A stretch of 64,000 nucleotides of DNA from Lama glama (Eukaryota): NCBI GenBank assembly GCA_028534125.1, contig CM052817.1, positions 78,742,001 to 78,806,000 of the forward strand, read 5' to 3'. The stretch's first letter is position 1; each line of letters opens with the position of its first letter. The notes under the pieces are model-generated. The model had not been told where the DNA came from, made no database searches, and was given only the letters and a program-made list of their open reading frames with translations. A program made the position numbers and the translations under genes. Of this stretch, positions 22,701 to 37,700 are shown piece after piece.

Positions 22701-25700
22701 TCTAATGATATTCAAGCATTCTATGAAGAATTTGTTCCATGGCTGGCAATAAACAATGTACTAGCTAGACATTTGCAGTTTTAAAGGAAAATTTACTTTT
22801 ATACAACCACTATTTGAAACAATGGTCTAACATACTATAAAATAATCTGGCATATAATCATCTTTATTTCCTATACCAAAAAAAACAAGCCACATTCAAA
22901 CAATTGATGTGTCCTGCCCCAACATGGCCTGTAGGTCTCTAGTTTTTTCCCAGCATGTTTCTTTAGCATCTGCTAATGAGCAAGTTAACCAAATCCTGAA
23001 GCCTACCTCATTTCCCTCAGCCACAACCTACAGTAAGAGAGTGGGAAACAAATTAAATATAGTCAAAGTCAGAATTGTTATATAAACTGTGGCTGAGAGC
23101 CACAAATGAACAGAACCATGAATTCCCCCACAGGGAGGTCTTCCCAGAGATGATCCAGGCTGGAGGTTTCCATCAGTGTTCCATGGAGCCCCGTGTTCCT
23201 GTAGGGATGCTCTAGGAACCACCAAGAAGGGAGAAGGGGCTCTAAGCTCCACCCCTGCTTCAACTGCAGCAGCTCCACTGTGTCTAGTTTAATTTAATGG
23301 GGGTCCAGAATGTGAGTCATCTGCAATTACAAAGGTGAAGTTATAAAACCCAAAGTAGAGTGAAATATCCAGCCAATTGGAGCCATACAGACTGAAGAGG
23401 AGAACCATAGTTCCTAAATATTTTTAAACAGATATGTGGCCCATCTCTCCTAGAAGTTCAGCCCTCCTGATGATTACAGCGGACCCTCGAACAACATAAG
23501 GGTTAGGGGCACCGTCAAAAATCAGAGTATAGCTTGACATTCGGCCTTCCATATCTGAGGTTCCACGTCTAAGGATTCAATGAACCCTGGGTTGCGTTGA
23601 ACTGTATGTAGTATTTACTACTGGAAAAACTTGCATATCAGTGGACCCTTGCCGTCCAAATCTGTGTTGTTCAAGAGTCAAATGTAGTCTTACTTAGCAT
23701 AAGAACTTTACACAGCACTCTAGAATTATCCAGTGACTTATGAACTTTCTGATAATGCTGCATTTGTGTAACAGAAAAGAGAGAAGAACTTCGCCCAGGG
23801 AAAGGAAACTCTGGCTGTAGACAAAAGGGAAGGCTACGAGAAGGCAGAAGGAGCCTTAACTCCTGCAGAGTGGAGGGACAGGGACAAGAGTCCTACAGTT
23901 GTCAGGTGCCAAGAGGAAGACTCAGGAAAGAGATTGCACTAGGAAGCTGACAGCAGAGGAGGTGAGCCATTTTTTCTCATAATTCTTGTTAGGCAGGAGA
24001 CAGAAGCTGCCCAGCTCGCTCTGAGGAGGAGGTAGTCCATTTGGGCTGCTCTAACAACATACCACAGATGGGGTGATATCAACCATAGCGATTTATTTCT
24101 CACAGTTCTAGAAGTTGGAAGCCCGAGGTCAGAGTACCAGCCTGGTTGGGTGAGGACCTTCTTCTGGGGCGCAGACTTCTCATTGTATCCTCACTTGGAA
24201 GAAAAAGCAAGAGAGCTCCATTCATGAGAGCTCCACCCTTCCTGACCTAAGTACCTCCCAAAGGCCCCATCTTTTAATACCGTCACATTGGGCATCAGGA
24301 TTTCAACCAATAAGTTTGGGGGGTGGGCCTAAACACTTAGACCACAGCAAGGCACTTACCCCAAGTGGAACTGAAGAGAAACTAGATGAAATACACACTG
24401 CTGGCCCTGTCGAGAGTGCAGGGAAGGGAGTGGGAGCTGCATCTAGCCAGAAGGAGAGATGCTATGATGGGTAACTTTGTATCAACTTGTATGTACCAAT
24501 TTATGGGCTATGGCCAGTGGAATTTTTGTGTCTAAGTTCATGAGAGATATTGGTCTGCAATTTTCTTTTTGTTGTACTGTCTTTGTCTAATTTATGTCAG
24601 AGCAATAAAGCCTCATAAAGTGATTTAGGAAGTGTTCCTTCCTCTTCTACTTTCTGGAAGAGTTTGTGTAAAAGTAGCATAAATTCTTTAAATGTTTGGC
24701 AGAATTCTCCAGTTAAACTATCTGGGTTTTTCGGGAGCTTTTTAGTTACAAATTAAATTTCTTTGTATCTTCCTTTAAAAAATCTTTTTAAGCAAAGAAT
24801 TATGAGGAAATGGTTCAAAAGTAGAAGGGCTGCAATAAAAAGAACGGGTGTCTGCCCACCCCCGCCCACCTGCTGTCCTGCTTCCCAACCCCTGCTTGGT
24901 TTTAATTCTTCTGGCAGGTACTTCACATCTCTAAACAAATTGCTTCATATAGCCTTTTCTTGATTTACTGATTTTAGATGATGTATTTTGACTGTCTTCT
25001 AGGATATGGGTTTTTAGTTCACTTTTATCACCTCCCACCTCCGCTTCTCCCCCAGCTCTTAATTTTTTTTTGTTTTGTAGTTATAATGCTTTCTTCAATA
25101 ACTTCTTTGAAATGGTTTTAGGAGATGTTTCCTAAATTCTTACATGTGGTTTCTTCTAGCTTTGACTCATAAAGTAATGTACTTAACTCCCTATTCATTG
25201 GTATATCAGCTTCCAACAGTTTATTTTGTCCCCAACTTTGCAAGATGATAATACCCCCCACTTTCTCAACTCACCTTCTTCTCTCCTCTTCCTTCCAATT
25301 TCTATCAACTATACCTCTACTTCATCAAAACTGATAGTTTTCATTCTGTTTCATAGCCATGTTAAGACTTTTTGCCTTTGGCCTACATTTTAATTATAAA
25401 AGATTAAAGCTATACACAGCTTTTTCATTATTATGGCTATTTAAATATTATAACTACAAAGCCAATATGTTCTAAGTACATTTCTTTCTCCGATTCTATA
25501 GTCATGATCCTTGTGAATTTACTTACTGCTCTAAAGCATGTCATATTTTAATGTGTTTTATATCTGGGCCATGACTTTTTTTGTAGAGTATGTTTACTTA
25601 TTTAATTGTTCCTGGAGTTTTAGGCTGCATTTCTGTTTTCTAGTTTGAAAAAGAAACGTGTACCTTCTCCAGCACAGTGTAGCAGTTTAGAGCGTGAGCT

Positions 25701-28700
25701 CTGGAATTGGACTGCCTGGGTTTGGAACCTGGGTTAGTGACTAGTTAACTGTGTGACCTAAAGAAAATTATCTTACTTTGCTGTGTCTGGGGTTTTCTTA
25801 TCTACAAACAATGACGAAATAGCACTTGTCTCATAGGACTCTTAGAGGATTAAGTGAAATAATAAATACAACGTGTTTAGGACAGTGCCTGGCACTATGT
25901 GAAAGAGAGTTCATGAGTATTGGCTGCGTTTATTGCTGTCATCATCATCATAATTATCTTCACTATTACACCTCAGCTTTTCACATAACATACTCACTAC
26001 TTGGAGTTCATTCTAGTCATTGTTTTTTTAAGACTTTCTTCTAGAAGACTACTGACTTCCAATTTTGATGACTGCAGTAATTTATGCATGAATGTATGTA
26101 TTTATGTATGTGTGTATGTATGTATTTTAAGATTGTGCTATAGCTGTCTTGAAATTCATTTGGAATGGATTTCTTCTCCACTGTTCCTTTTATGTCATGG
26201 TTTGTTATGTCTTGTATTTCATTCTTATTTTGTATGAATCTTTTTCAAGTAACTTCTTCAAAATAATGAGTTTAAAGTAAGCTTTTTACGTTTTTGCTTT
26301 CTAAAAGTGGCTATAATTTGATTTTAAATTCAATATTATCTTTCTTTTGAATCTTGAAGATCTTACTTTATTGACTTTCAGCATCCACTTTTGGTGCTAA
26401 TGTATCTATTACTGTCAGATTGATTTTTGCTCCATTATGAGTATCCTGGTTTACCATTTGAGAGCTTTTATTGATCTCTTTGTAATTGGACTTCTGAAAT
26501 GCTAGGGAGATATGTGTTGAAGCATGTGTCATTTTTCACTCTTTTCTCTTGCATGTGCTTTTTGAATTTGGAAACTTCTGTTTCTTTTATCTCTGTGTTT
26601 TCCTTCATTCATTTTTTAATGGAATTCTTACTAATTAGATATTGGAATTCCTGCATGTATCCCTCCATGTTTATATCTTTTGTTTATACATATTTTTTGC
26701 TTTATAAATTCTCTTTGTCTATTTGGTCCTCATTATAGAGATTTTCTTGTCTTATCTTCCAGCTCTTATAATTTATATATAAATTCAGCAATCATATTTT
26801 CACTTTTAAGAGCTTTACTTTGTTCTCAAAATGTTTCTTTCCAGAGAAGCTCTTGATTTATGAAGTCAGTACCCTCTTAAATCAAGATATCTCCTACTTA
26901 CCATCAGTAACCCCACTCATGAAAATGAGACATTCTGTACGAAAATGTGCACAGGTAGCTATTTCACCATTATGTAAAATGCCAAATTAAACTCCCAACA
27001 GATTTCCTTAACTGTAACTAAAACATAGTAAAAATCACCATTTAGTATGTAAAATGCTTAAAATACTGCTCCTGATTGCAGAAACAGTTAGAATGGTTGC
27101 TATCAAATCGTTTGTGTGCATGATGCCCTGTATGCAGCATTGTCATGGTGCATCATGAATATTTTTTTCCAACAAGACATAGCAACCAGCACACAGAAAT
27201 TAATAAATACATCAGAAAAATTCAGATAAATTTGCAACAAAAACAGGGCAGTTACCTTGGATGACCTGTTACCCCTGAAGAAATGAAGAGACTGGAAACT
27301 TGAAGAAAGCTGAAAGGAGAGGAGGGTTGAAGGGTAATTGTTGTCATTGGTTGTGGAAAGTGACGTCATGGGTAAGTTGGGTTGCAAAGGTGCAATTTCA
27401 GGCAAACTATAAAACTCAGAAACTGTCAGGTCTGTTTTTTGATTTTTCTAAAATCACTTTTGTGCTTGGGTAAGGACTCCTGAATGAATCTTCAAAGGAA
27501 TTAGTTGATATTTTTAGGATGAAAAACTGCTGAATAAAGCTTTATTTACTTTCTTCTAGTTTACCAGTCACTCTTTCCATGGTGCTGTAAGAAATATCTG
27601 GCAGTAATATTTCCACCAAGTTCAAAGATAATGATTATCATTGTATTTGCAGAGCCCACAAGTCATTTTCAGCAACCAATGTCCATTGGTTTAATTGAAT
27701 GCTTTCCAGGCTATAACTGTGATTAACTTTTTCAGACTGATATTCTGAACAACTTCAGTACTTTTTAATTTCTCATCATGACATTTAAAGAATTCTCCAA
27801 CATCTTTTTCATTGCCCTCTTCACAAAACTGGTCTTCTTTTCAAGAGTAGCAACTGCAAAGAACAGCTCAATCGCAGAGAATGTGTACAACGATGTGGTG
27901 CTTCTCTTTTTTTATTAAAGTATAGTCAATTTACAATGTTGTGTTAATTTCTGGTGTACAGCATAGTGGTTCAGTTTTTATATAAATAAATATATATATA
28001 TACACATGATATATGATGCTTCTCTTGATGTAAAATGTTTTATTAAGTTTGGGGACATAAATTTTTCTCACGTAAAATCAGGTAAAAACAGTGTTGTGTT
28101 GAATACATTTATTATAGACGTTTAAGACAAGAAAGAACAGGAATTCCATGATGAGAACATCAAATGTGGAGACATTCTTCAGAATATGTCTGTACATATG
28201 AAAAGACTACATAGAATTTTTCTAAATTAATCTATAAATCACCCATTTCTTCTAGTTCCATTATCTGTGTGTTTTTCTTATTCTCTTTATTATTCTGCAA
28301 ATTTCTTCAACTGCCTGACAGTTCTTGATTGTCTTTACATATTTAAGAATGTGGCAACATGAAAGACTTCTGGCTTTGCATGCATGGGCTGAAATTGTCC
28401 CCAGAAAGATTTTGATTTAGGATAAGTGGGCCTTCACTAGGGGCCTTACAAATTGCAAAAACCTTGAGATTTTTCCTCGTGGAGTTACACTGATGCTAGT
28501 TCTGTAGTTCTGCTCAGAGTGCTTCCTTCAATTACTTTATAAAAAGAACTTCTAGGTGTGTATTTGTGCCAGAAAACAAGTTTGCCAAAGTGAAATTATG
28601 TCTTCTTCTGGTATTTTTCTTTTTATTTGTGTTATTCTAATAGCTACAAATACTACCTTAGAAGTGTAGCTGAATTGGTTTTTGACTTTCTAAATGGCAC

Positions 28701-31700
28701 TAATGGCAATAGTTAGACTTTCAAACAACGGAATAAAATCAGCCCAGGTTAAACATTAGGATAATAAAGTAGAAAGCAGAAACAATGTGGTTTCATTATG
28801 TTAAAGGCATTAAAATAACTGACTGTCAGATAATAAAGAGAGATTTTTCTTTCTTTCTTTCTTTCTTTTTTTTTTTTTTTGTATACAAGGAAAGAAATGG
28901 AGAAGGTCAGGTTAGGTATTAGGAAAAAATTCTTGAATGTAAAGTTATCAGGCAACAAAATGCATTATAAAATGAATTTCCCAAAAATACTTAATAAAAT
29001 TAAAAAAAAAATCCTGTAATTTAAGTACTCAGTTGCTCACTAAACATAAAATAACCTCAGGTTAGTATAAATTAGTGCCAAAAATAGCAGGATGGCTAAA
29101 TAAATTATGATATGTCAACATAATGGAAATTATTAAAACATTAAGTCATCTTTCAATGGATGTTTTAAAATGAAACCAGAAACCAATTGAAATCAAGCAC
29201 TAAACAAATGATATATACACATACACCCATATACACACATACACTTAAACACTAAGGGGTTTCTATTTTGCTAAAGTATATATTTAAGGGAAAACCAAAA
29301 TGTAACACACTAAATTCTCATCATAATTTTATCTGGATTCGGAATAGATAATTTTTATTTTCCTCATATATTTATTTGTACCATGTATTAATTATGATCT
29401 TTCAGACTCCAAGTAAAAGAAAATTCAGCACAACTGGCTGAAACAGTAAGAGAAATGAATTATTTCACATAAAAGTGATTCCAGCAGTGGGACAACAGGG
29501 AGGTAAATTCCACAGCTGAATGATTTCTCCATGGATTGGTGTTTTCTCCACTGGGTTAATTCACCCTCCTCTGTGTGGTTTTGCTTTTGTTCTTAGGATG
29601 GTCCCCTTGAGTAAATAAGATGACTGCAGTATCTCTAAGCACTGCATCTCAAACAACGTTCAAAAGCCAAAAAAAGAAAAGGAAATATGTATACTCTTCT
29701 CAGACCATTTATAAAAGTAAGGAAATGCTCAGACCGCATGGCCAAAGTGGCCTGCATGCCCATTTTAAAACTCATCATTGACAAGGAGAATGAAATTTAA
29801 AATATTGACCTAAGTTAATAAAATTCAACTCCTAGAACTGAGAAGGGTCCTAAATGTCCCAAAGAACATGTCTACCCAGTACCTTAACATATCAGGTTTC
29901 TGTTAGGAAGAAACAGCATCCAACAAGACCTAAATATATAGTTATTCTTTATGCAAAAGGTGATTGTATTAGTTCCCCCATTGCTGCTGTAACAAATTAA
30001 CGCAACCTCATGGCTTAAAAGAACACATATTTATATCTTACAGTTCTGGAAGTCAGGTGTTTAAAATGGGTCTGCAGGGGTGCATGCCTTCTGAAGGCTT
30101 TTGGAAAGAATCTGTCTCCTTGCCTTTTCCACGTTCTACAGACTGCCTACATTCCTTGGCTCAAGACCCTGCATCACTCTGACCTCTGACACAGTTGTCA
30201 CATATCCTTCTCTGACTCTGATTCTTGACTCCTTTTTGCAAGTACCCTTGTGATTAACTGGGTCCAGCCAGATAATACAGGGTAATCTCCTTATCTCCAG
30301 ATCCTTAACTTATTCACATCAGCAAAATTCCTTTTGCCACGTGAAGTAACATAGTCATAGATTGTAAGGATTAGGATGTGGCCATCTTTGAAGGACCACT
30401 GTTCTGTCTTATTAACTGAGAATTAACATGACTTAACAAATGCCAGTGACTTATCATAAAAATGTCAATTATCTCCAAAATAACATATAAAAGGAATATG
30501 GTACCAATCAAAATTCCAGGGGGACAAACACTCCCAGGTGTTCTTCATGGAAGGAGGGCAGGCATCAAACAATAACCCACAAGTAAACATAATTACAAAG
30601 CAGAATTCCAAGAAATTTTGTTTAAATTCAGACAAGGATAAAGGAGGCCAAGTATTTTAAAGACAAAAGTAAAATGTTGGATTAAAGTTGACTGAGAAAA
30701 TGCCAATATGCATTAACGCAATGGTGGTGAGTAATCCCCAGAATGCTGACTATTGCTTATCATCGGTGTTATAAAGGATATAAGCAGTGGTGTGCTGGTA
30801 AATGTTAACAACCAGCTCTCCAGGTTAAAAAGAAAAAGGTTTCTGATTTGTTAATTATTTTTTAATTTCCCTAGTTTAAATGCCCTCACTATGGCCAATT
30901 CCAAACTACCAAAATGGTCTCAATGAGTGTGAAGCTCGGAATAGATATACACAGTTGACTCTCATGAGCTGGTACAGACTAGCTCCATCATACCATGAGA
31001 TGCCTAATTATGTTGAAAAAAAAATAACTACAATGAATGTCAGTTGATACATGTTTTATGGCTTCTTTTTGGGTTTTGTTTTCTCTCTGTTGTCTCTGTA
31101 TCTCTGAATCACTGTTCCTGAACAGACAACTTGTAAAAGGAAGTTTCTGTGTGATAGGTGACTTCTTGTGATAGCTAATTTTCTGTGTCAGCTTGATGGA
31201 TCATGCTGTGCCTAGATGTCTGGTTAAACATTATTTCTGGGTATGTCTATGAAGGTGCTTCCAGAGGAGATTAGAATGTGAATTGGTGAACTCAGTAAAG
31301 CAGATGGCCCTTCCCAGTGTGGCTGGGTATCACCTAATCTGTTGAGAGGCTGAATAGAACAAAAAAGTAGAGAAAGTTTGAATCTGTTCTCTGCGTGACT
31401 ACCAAGAAATTGGTCTTCTCCTGCCCTGGAGGTCCCTGGTTCTCAGGCCTTCAGACTCAGACTGAAATCTCCAACGTTGGTTCTCTGGCTCCCAGGTCCT
31501 TGAACAACCACCACCAGCTGCACAACAGACTGTGGGACTTCTCAGCCAATAGGTTTATCGTTCATCTCTTTCCCTGCTCTGCCCTCACTAATACATGTAG
31601 TTCTGTGACATCATGCAAGTCTGTCCCTGCTCTTGCCTGCTCTCTCTCTCTCCTTCTGTTCCTGTCGATGCTTTCTACCCGCCGGAAGTGTCCTCGGTCA

Positions 31701-34700
31701 CGACTGAGCCACATTGATGCTGATGTTCAAAGGTAAAGGCTAACTTCCACTCTAGTGACATTTTTTGATCATTCACCGTGTGCTCAGTACTGTTCTAATA
31801 ATTATTATTCCATAAATGCATAAAATCTGCAAGGCAGCAACAACATATTGTATGTATGGCTATGACCTACATCTGTGGAAAGAAATGAGATATAAAGCAT
31901 CTTGCCCAAGGTTGTTCCAATTTCCAATAAATGCTGGAGAAAGCATTCTGGCTTCAGAACCTATGCTCTCAGCCATGGGGAAAAGCAGCCCCCAAACCAC
32001 AGGTTTCCCATTATTAGTGTGGAGAACAGGCCTTACAAAAGAAATCTATTTAGGGGAGTCAATGGTTTGGAAGTATCTATCCTATTTCTTTTAAATGACT
32101 TCACTACTTGCCAAATTAGTACAACTTAATTCTCTACCTGCCTATATAGTTAGACTCTGAAGACAGCTGATGTTCATTCTTTTCCTTCTTTTCTACTCAT
32201 CTCTACATCTTCCACATCTCTCTGCTTACTTCCCATTTTGTTCTTCTAAACATTTTCAAATCTTGTTGGGATATTTTTTCGAAAATTTCTTTGAGGAGTG
32301 GGACTCCCTTGTTATAATTTAGTAACCTCTGCACTTAACACAGTCCAAAAATATATTATCCAGAAAGAGGATGCCAAACCTTTTTTATCCACTCAGCCAC
32401 TACTTACATCTTTCTGTAGACTCTCATCTAAACAGTTTGCCTTTGTCACAGTCTCATCCACACTCACACATTTCAAGATGGATAAAAATGTACTACTTTA
32501 TTAGCAATTAACCACAGGTAAGTCAGTTTTCCAATTATCTGTGATCTTTAGAAATTGCATCATCAGTTCCTGCAGTTTAGTAATCCAATTCTGAGACTTG
32601 CCTGAAACAAAGTATTGGCACTGTGTATTGCAATAGACTGTAATCATGGCACTGCTGAGTTCTGATGGGTTTAATTTGCTTATGGTCAATTGTACTTGCT
32701 CTAACTTGACTCCCTTTACAGTAGGGGTTTTGACCATGACCCACAATAGGAAATATCTTTACATTACATATACACATACACACACATACCTAAAAGATAT
32801 TTCTTACTGCATGTGTGTGTATGCACAGCCAAAAGTTTTACTGTGTAAATGTGCTTTGAAATTCTCTATTCTACTACATTTCAATTTTTTAAAACTGACT
32901 ATCCTGACTCACCAAAGGACTTATGACTCTTTAATAGGTTGCAACTCCTAGTTTGAAATTTGCTGCCTCAGAATAGTGGTGCCTCTGCTTCAGATTAAAG
33001 TTCAACCCCCCTAACACAGCCCTAGAATGCTCTTCATGATTTCTCTTCCTTTTCTCCCCAACTTCATCTCTCACCACTTCCTCTTTGAATGCTAAACTCC
33101 AGGCACACAGTATGACTCACATTTTCCAGGAAAACTGCTGTCTTTCCTCAAAATCTTTACACAATATATATTGTGTACTGTTTACCCTTGTGTCTCAAGT
33201 TCAGCATAGTGACTAGGCATTCAGCAAATATTAGTTGAATGAGTAAATGAATGGATAAATCAACAAATGCAAAAAAATCGATCAAAGCCTATCAAATAAT
33301 GAATACACTTTAATAATAACATCCCTAGATATCACTCTGAAAATCCAGGCGTAAGCTAGAGAAAGGAGAAAAAGCATCCAATCACAAAGAGATTTATTAA
33401 GGAAAATTGTAATTTCTGAAAACCAGAGTAAAACAGTTTCATGGAAGTTTATTTACACTGAGGAAATTTTTACCCAAAATCAGCTGGATTTTGGTCATCA
33501 AGAAATCAGGCAGACAAGTTAAATTGATTGTGTATTAAATTCCACACCCTCCTTGGTATAATGATGGCTGGGAAAAACAAGCTGTAATGGCAGAAGTCCT
33601 GGTTACTGTAGTAACTGTCTCTATGGCACAATAGAAAATCAAACAGAAATATGTAGCCTGTCTATTTGCTAATGAAAAGTGCTCAGTGGTGGCCTATTAC
33701 CACTGGTCAAAATAATCTATCCCCAAATGGAACCCAGCAATCGTGTATTATAGACAGTGGGTCTCAAACTTTCTTGTGAATTTGGACCTCATGGGGAAGT
33801 TTGTTAAAATGCAGATTCCAATTCAGTCGGTCTGGAATGGGACTGAGGCTGCCTGTCTAACCAGGTTCCAGGTGAGGCTGACGCTACTGGTCCACGGCCC
33901 AGACTCGGTGTAGCAAGAAAAGTGCACAATATACTGAAGACTGTCTACTTTGCTCCTGGGAAGCATTATTTCCTAACTCGAACATTTCTGTTACCAGTGT
34001 AACTGGGCCACAGGTGGGTTCCGTGACCACCTGATCTGATGACTTTCTTGTGCTGGAGGAACCATTTTAGACAAGCAGAAGTGGCCCCTTCCTTTTTCCC
34101 TTTCAAATTAGAAGGAACCAGGACTGGTTGTCCCAGAATAAGATATCCTCTGGCTATCAGCGAAGTGGCCAAATATACTCTCCTCTTTCCACCAGGAACT
34201 TCGGTCGTCTGTGATACTAGAACGTGTGGAAAAGGTGTGTAAAAGCCACACAGAACCCAAACAGCTCAGCATACTATTTTGGCTTGTATGTCTCTCACTT
34301 AATAACATTTTTCAGTTAGATTTCCTTCAGGTTTTTAATGGGAGAGAATCAAATTCCGTTTGCATACAGTCAGCCTCTCGTCAGTAACATCTGTAAGTCA
34401 AGAGTTTCTGACAATAATAGAAGAATGCAGGCGTCTTTGCCCCAGTCCTCTCCCTTCGAAGAAAAATTGTTATATATCTTTTTCCAGGAAGAGAAAAGAA
34501 GGGGGGCAAATGTATAGAGTTGCTTTCACTAATGAGAAAGTCTTTCTTTGTCATGTTTACTACAAGAAAGACCATTTACAATGAAGTCTGTCAAGGATAA
34601 AAACCAAATCCAATTTAGATAACGAACCAAGGTTCATACTTATCTGACATGAAATTCCCACATTTTTATTGAAATAACTTTGCAAATGATCACAGAAAAC

Positions 34701-37700
34701 AGTTATTCCAAAAACCAGAAAATTGCACAGATAAATTTAAAAGAAGAAAATTATTCAATTAACCTCTCTGGAGTCCGTGCAAGCCTAATGTATTTTGCAG
34801 CCTCCGGGATTTCCTAATCAGGAAACCCAAAAGGAACCCAAAATCCTGCTTTGTATGCCAATCCTGCCAGCCTAAGGCACAGCCCTCTCTCCCTGTCTGC
34901 TGAGGGAGATACATGTGTGGGTCACATGACCCCACCCTTCCCCTTAGTCCTTTGCTGACTGGACCACATCGTGCCCAAAGTTGAAGCCAGTCGGATTCTT
35001 TCTCTTTTATCTAAGACTTAGGAAATAAAATAATAATACAGTGTGAATGAAGCCAGAGGGTATAGAGAAAAGACATGAGTCAGAGTGGGGGCCATAATGG
35101 TTATTAGAAAATAGAAAACCTAAAGACAAACAAATATAACAGGATGCAAATTATTAGTATATGAGTTTTCCTAGCTTCTTTCTCCCCTCCACCATCACTC
35201 CTTAACTAAGGGAAATGTTTCCTGGATATGTCCCTCTAGGGGCCATTTTGTTAACCAGACTGTGTGGAATAAGTTGGGGGCAGTAGATATTAGGATGAGA
35301 TATTTGTGTGAATAAGTCTGAGATGTAAAGAGAGGGAAAGAGAGAGGAAAGGGGAGCGGGGAGGGAAAGACGAGGAGAGAGAGAAGAACAGGAATAGGGA
35401 GAACAGAGAAAAAGAAGATAAGAAAAAAGGGTGCCATGGGTGAAGGAAGGAATTAGACAGAAGAATGTCCACAAGATCACAGGAGCATATGTTCATGATC
35501 AAGAGGGACTCTTCTGGGGAGGGATGGGGAGTGCAGAACAAAGGAGCTGAGGGATCCACAGGTCCTGCATTACAGGAGGGGCCATGAGTCAGCGGGACGG
35601 CTTTCTAGGAATATTAGCAAAGCGACACTGTATCTCCAGTCTGGGGTGTCCTGAAAAGATGCATGAGCAAAGTGAGAAGAGTTTTGTGGGGCATCACTAA
35701 GAAAAGACCTGAGTGGAACAGAGAAGGGAGTTTTGAGAAATAATTTTGTGAGAAGTGAGTTGAAACCTTTTCAAATACTTGGAGGCATATAAGTAAAAAT
35801 TAAAAATTATTTTATGTTAATGTTGGCCATTGGACTACATTTCTTTGAATTTGATACTGTACCTAGCCTGGGCCACTTGGAGCATGAGGGTTTATTCGGG
35901 CTACTGAGAGCAAAGCAGAAGGCAGAAGATAGCAGAGAGTAAAAAAACCGGATATGTCAAAAAGATTAAACACCAAGGTAGTAAAAAGCAATCAGATTTA
36001 AACAGCAGGCCTTTCCACTGCTGGAGAAGAGCAGAGTCACATTCATGGCCGAGCCCTGGAGATTCATGAATTCTTCATGCTGAGCTCCACATGGCTGCTA
36101 CTTTGGGGCCCACATCAGTTTCCATGAGACCTACATACCTGTCACTGTCCTTAAATTCAAAAGTGATTCCCTTCTCTTTATTACTGCAAAATAGCCTTGC
36201 CACAACTCCAATTATTTGCAGTATATCGAATCTTTGCAACCAAAAAGCAAAAATATTATATACAAAAGATAAATGCAATCTCATTCTTCTCCACATCACA
36301 AAAAATAAACACANNNNNNNNNNNNNNNNNNNNNNNNNNNNNNNNNNNNNNNNNNNNNNNNNNNNNNNNNNNNNNNNNNNNNNNNNNNNNNNNNNNNNNN
36401 NNNNNNNNNNNNNNNNNNNNNNNNNNNNNNNNNNNNNNNNNNNNNNNNNNNNNNNNNNNNNNNNNNNNNNNNNNNNNNNNNNNNNNNNNNNNNNNNNNNN
36501 NNNNNNNNNNNNNNNNNNNNNNNNNNNNNNNNNNNNNNNNNNNNNNNNNNNNNNNNNNNNNNNNNNNNNNNNNNNNNNNNNNNNNNNNNNNNNNNNNNNN
36601 NNNNNNNNNNNNNNNNNNNNNNNNNNNNNNNNNNNNNNNNNNNNNNNNNNNNNNNNNNNNNNNNNNNNNNNNNNNNNNNNNNNNNNNNNNNNNNNNNNNN
36701 NNNNNNNNNNNNNNNNNNNNNNNNNNNNNNNNNNNNNNNNNNNNNNNNNNNNNNNNNNNNNNNNNNNNNNNNNNNNNNNNNNNNNNNNNNNNNNNNNNNN
36801 NNNNNNNNNNNNNGACACCATCAATTCCTATTTATACGGGCTTGGGCAATTTACTTAATGTGATGGATGAGAGACTGTAACAACAACAGCAAAAAAAGGC
36901 TACAAATTTCTTCTATTACTGCCTGCAACCCCCAGCCTTTGCAATGTGACTTTGCCACTTCTCTCACCAAGTGGAGGAACCTCTATTTCCCCATTCTTTG
37001 AATCTGGGTCCGTGATGTGACTTGCTTTATCATAGAAGTGACATTAATACAACTTCCAATCCTGGGTCTCCAGGGCTTTGAAGCTTCTGCTTTCATTCTC
37101 TTGAAATGTGGTGCCTCCGTGTAAAGGAAATCACGTGGCACAGAGATAACCCGTCTCTGCTAAGGTCCTCTAGAACAGTGAGCTTCCATCAAACCACCAG
37201 ATGAATGTAGTCTCATGAGTGACCACAGATGAGACTAGCAAAAGAACTGCCCAGGTGAGCCCAGCCAAAATTGCTAACCTGCTGATCATGAGCAAGTCAA
37301 ACAGTGGTCTCTTTAATCTACCAGGTTTTGAGTAGTTTGTTATCAGAATAGATAACTGATACACTAAATCCATCTCTTGGTGCCTCCATTTTCTTCTCTG
37401 TAAAATGGGGATAATAATACTGTCCCAGAGAGAGCTCTATATTGAGAGTTTGGTATTCATTTCAATAGTATAATTCCCACTTCTCCACAGTACGGAGTGA
37501 GGCTCTAGCACCAGAATTGCCCAGATCCCAGCAAATTTCTGCCAGCAGCATGGGAAAGTCAAAGGACAGCAGTCATGAAACTGAGGTCATTGATTCACAG
37601 TGGCCATCACTCTGGTGGTCCAATTAAAGTGCTCTGATGCACATTGTCACACCATGAGCTAGACAGCAAGCAAGTTATGTCCACAAGGTAATTGGTGGCG

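Noticed and set aside
26930..27900. Possible decayed Tigger transposase fragment (DQFCEEGNEKDVGEFFKCHDEKL on minus strand)
   Set aside because: Resemblance is too weak to call without an HMM search.
36075..36880. Three long ORFs (227-255 aa) in the ORF track
   Set aside because: Artefacts of translating through the 500-N gap.
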